Origin: a virus
Reading direction: 5' to 3' (one strand)
Length of the DNA stretch: 62,813 nucleotides
IMG/VR virus record: IMGVR_UViG_3300030118_004366
Location: 1 to 62,813 of that record
A program made the position numbers and the translations under genes. The notes below the pieces were generated by a model. That model worked only from the letters and a program-made list of their open reading frames with translations. It was not told the origin of the DNA and did not search any database. Positions 61,580 through 62,813 of this stretch are shown piece by piece (the first letter of the stretch is position 1; every line of letters starts with the position of its first letter).

Positions 61580-62813
61580 CTAAAGTTACTAAATCTTTCT
61601 TGAAATGATTGAGCGTATAATCTTTCTTTTTAACAACAGCTTTGTAGATTTGTTTTTCAATACCTGTTTTAGAAAATACCCAGTATATCTTATTATATAA
61701 CCTATCTTTTGTTGTCATTCTATCTCTTGATTGCCAGTAACTTGTAGCACTGAAATCAATATTGTAGTAAACTAAAGCTTCTGCTTTACGTAAACTAATT
61801 CCCTCACGCCCACTGACTATTTGTAATGCAATGGAGCGTGGTGTAGTGTTAAACACGTCAAGTGTTTCACAAAGTAAATTACCGTATTCTTCTTTTAATG
61901 CTTTGAGTTCTTCCTTAAATTTGTAGAAGATTGCTATCTTTTTACCAGCAAACTTGTTTCTAATAAAGCTTGCTTTGTTAGTACACAAAACCATGGAGTT
62001 ACCACTTTCAAACTTAATAGTTCCTGAGCTCATTTGGTGAGTCTTTATCATTAACTTTACAGGAGTGTCTGCCAGTATTACTTCGTCTTCACCCCTCAAT
62101 ACTCTATCTTTAGAAAGTTTTTTCATCATGTCTGTAACATCAGGACAAATGTCCACGTATAAAATCTCCTCGTCTGTTTGAACTTTAAAGCCAGCTTCTT
62201 TTTGTGAATAAGATATCATATACTTTCTCATGACTTTAAGTATATCATCTCTACCCCTTGAGTAATCATTGATAGGGAAACCATTTATAATTTTCTTTGT
62301 AACAGTCACATAATTATTTGCAAACTGATAAAAGTTTTTGCAGTAAGCAAAAGGATTTGATGGTATCCCAGACACCTGATGATACATTTGACTATACGAT
62401 TCTGGGGTTGGGGTTCCTGATAATAAAATAACACGAGGGTGATGAATATTTATTAACCGTTTTATTTGACCACTTCTCTTATTTTGTTTTGGATAAGCAC
62501 CAATAGTATGTGCTTCATCTATAATGAGACAGTCATATATTGTCTCATGAGACACTTTATGCAGAGACTCATAATTAATTACGTGTAGTTTAAACGGTGC
62601 TTGTAACAAACTCATATCATTTTCAATACTTGATATAGCTTTTTTCTTGGTAACAAACAAAACATTGGTTGCGTTTAAACGCTGGCATATACTCAAGCTT
62701 GTCAATGTTTTACCAGTCCTAACTTCCATAGCCAGGTACACGAAACCGTAACGTGTTACAAGCTCTACACCCTGTGTTACAATTTGTTTTTGATATGGTC
62801 TTAGTTTAATCAT
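61551..62813 (-). CDS. SNF2/DEAD-box-like superfamily 2 helicase
   Basis: 420 aa with LRPYQ, a P-loop MEVRTGKT, DEAH in LIIDEAHT, LLSGTP, and a motif VI-like QSRDRM. Its start codon is the last triplet of the window and is coupled to the primase stop across the junction. Confidence 0.85.
   Translation of the reverse strand: MIKLRPYQKQIVTQGVELVTRYGFVYLAMEVRTGKTLTSLSICQRLNATNVLFVTKKKAISSIENDMSLLQAPFKLHVINYESLHKVSHETIYDCLIIDEAHTIGAYPKQNKRSGQIKRLINIHHPRVILLSGTPTPESYSQMYHQVSGIPSNPFAYCKNFYQFANNYVTVTKKIINGFPINDYSRGRDDILKVMRKYMISYSQKEAGFKVQTDEEILYVDICPDVTDMMKKLSKDRVLRGEDEVILADTPVKLMIKTHQMSSGTIKFESGNSMVLCTNKASFIRNKFAGKKIAIFYKFKEELKALKEEYGNLLCETLDVFNTTPRSIALQIVSGREGISLRKAEALVYYNIDFSATSYWQSRDRMTTKDRLYNKIYWVFSKTGIEKQIYKAVVKKKDYTLNHFKKDLVTLGDDGAEDTS
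62737..62813. repeat. Terminal overlap copy 2 (identical to 1..77)
   Basis: See the feature at 1..77. Confidence 0.9.

Overview
The window is a complete, circularly closed, AT-rich dsDNA tailed-phage genome. Nt 1-77 are identical to nt 62737-62813, so the unique length is about 62,736 bp. All calls come from manual reading and recognised motifs, with no searches run, so coordinates of hand-called elements may be off by a base or two.

Genome layout:
- A leftward early/replication arm runs from 11581 down to 77 and continues across the artificial break from 62813 down to 59889. It encodes a primase-helicase, an SNF2-type helicase, a VRR-NUC nuclease, a PD-(D/E)XK exonuclease with a Sak/Rad52-like annealase, two DnaA-domain-IV-like HTH proteins, a SprT-like metalloprotease and many tiny acidic or basic ORFs.
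- A rightward arm (12078..59995) encodes GroEL and GroES, a block of very small and extremely basic proteins, a five-gene lysis/envelope cassette, several repeat-rich fibre genes and terminase.
- It continues with portal, a PAP2-type phosphatase, scaffold, major capsid, large tail proteins and a T7 gp14/15/16-like series of internal proteins ending in a 2144-aa giant.
- I recognise no integrase, repressor, DNA polymerase or RNA polymerase.
- Recurrent TAnnTTTG boxes and the absence of Shine-Dalgarno sequences point to a Bacteroidota (probably Flavobacteriia) host. That host call is inference.

Most unusual observations:
- The palindrome (C)GTTTAAAC(G) is massively over-represented: 41 copies, 26 of them within 8.8 kb of the early arm. 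Copies sit in all reading frames and in intergenic hairpin modules.
- A promoter-preceded tRNA-like RNA has its anticodon loop replaced by a GAAA-capped stem.
- An iteron-like TATGACR array flanks an extreme AT tract upstream of groEL.
- The lysis cassette includes a membrane-anchored coiled-coil protein, a CxxC-less thioredoxin-like secreted protein and a beta-barrel-like secreted protein.
- A catalytically intact PAP2 phosphatase gene is wedged into the head-morphogenesis module.
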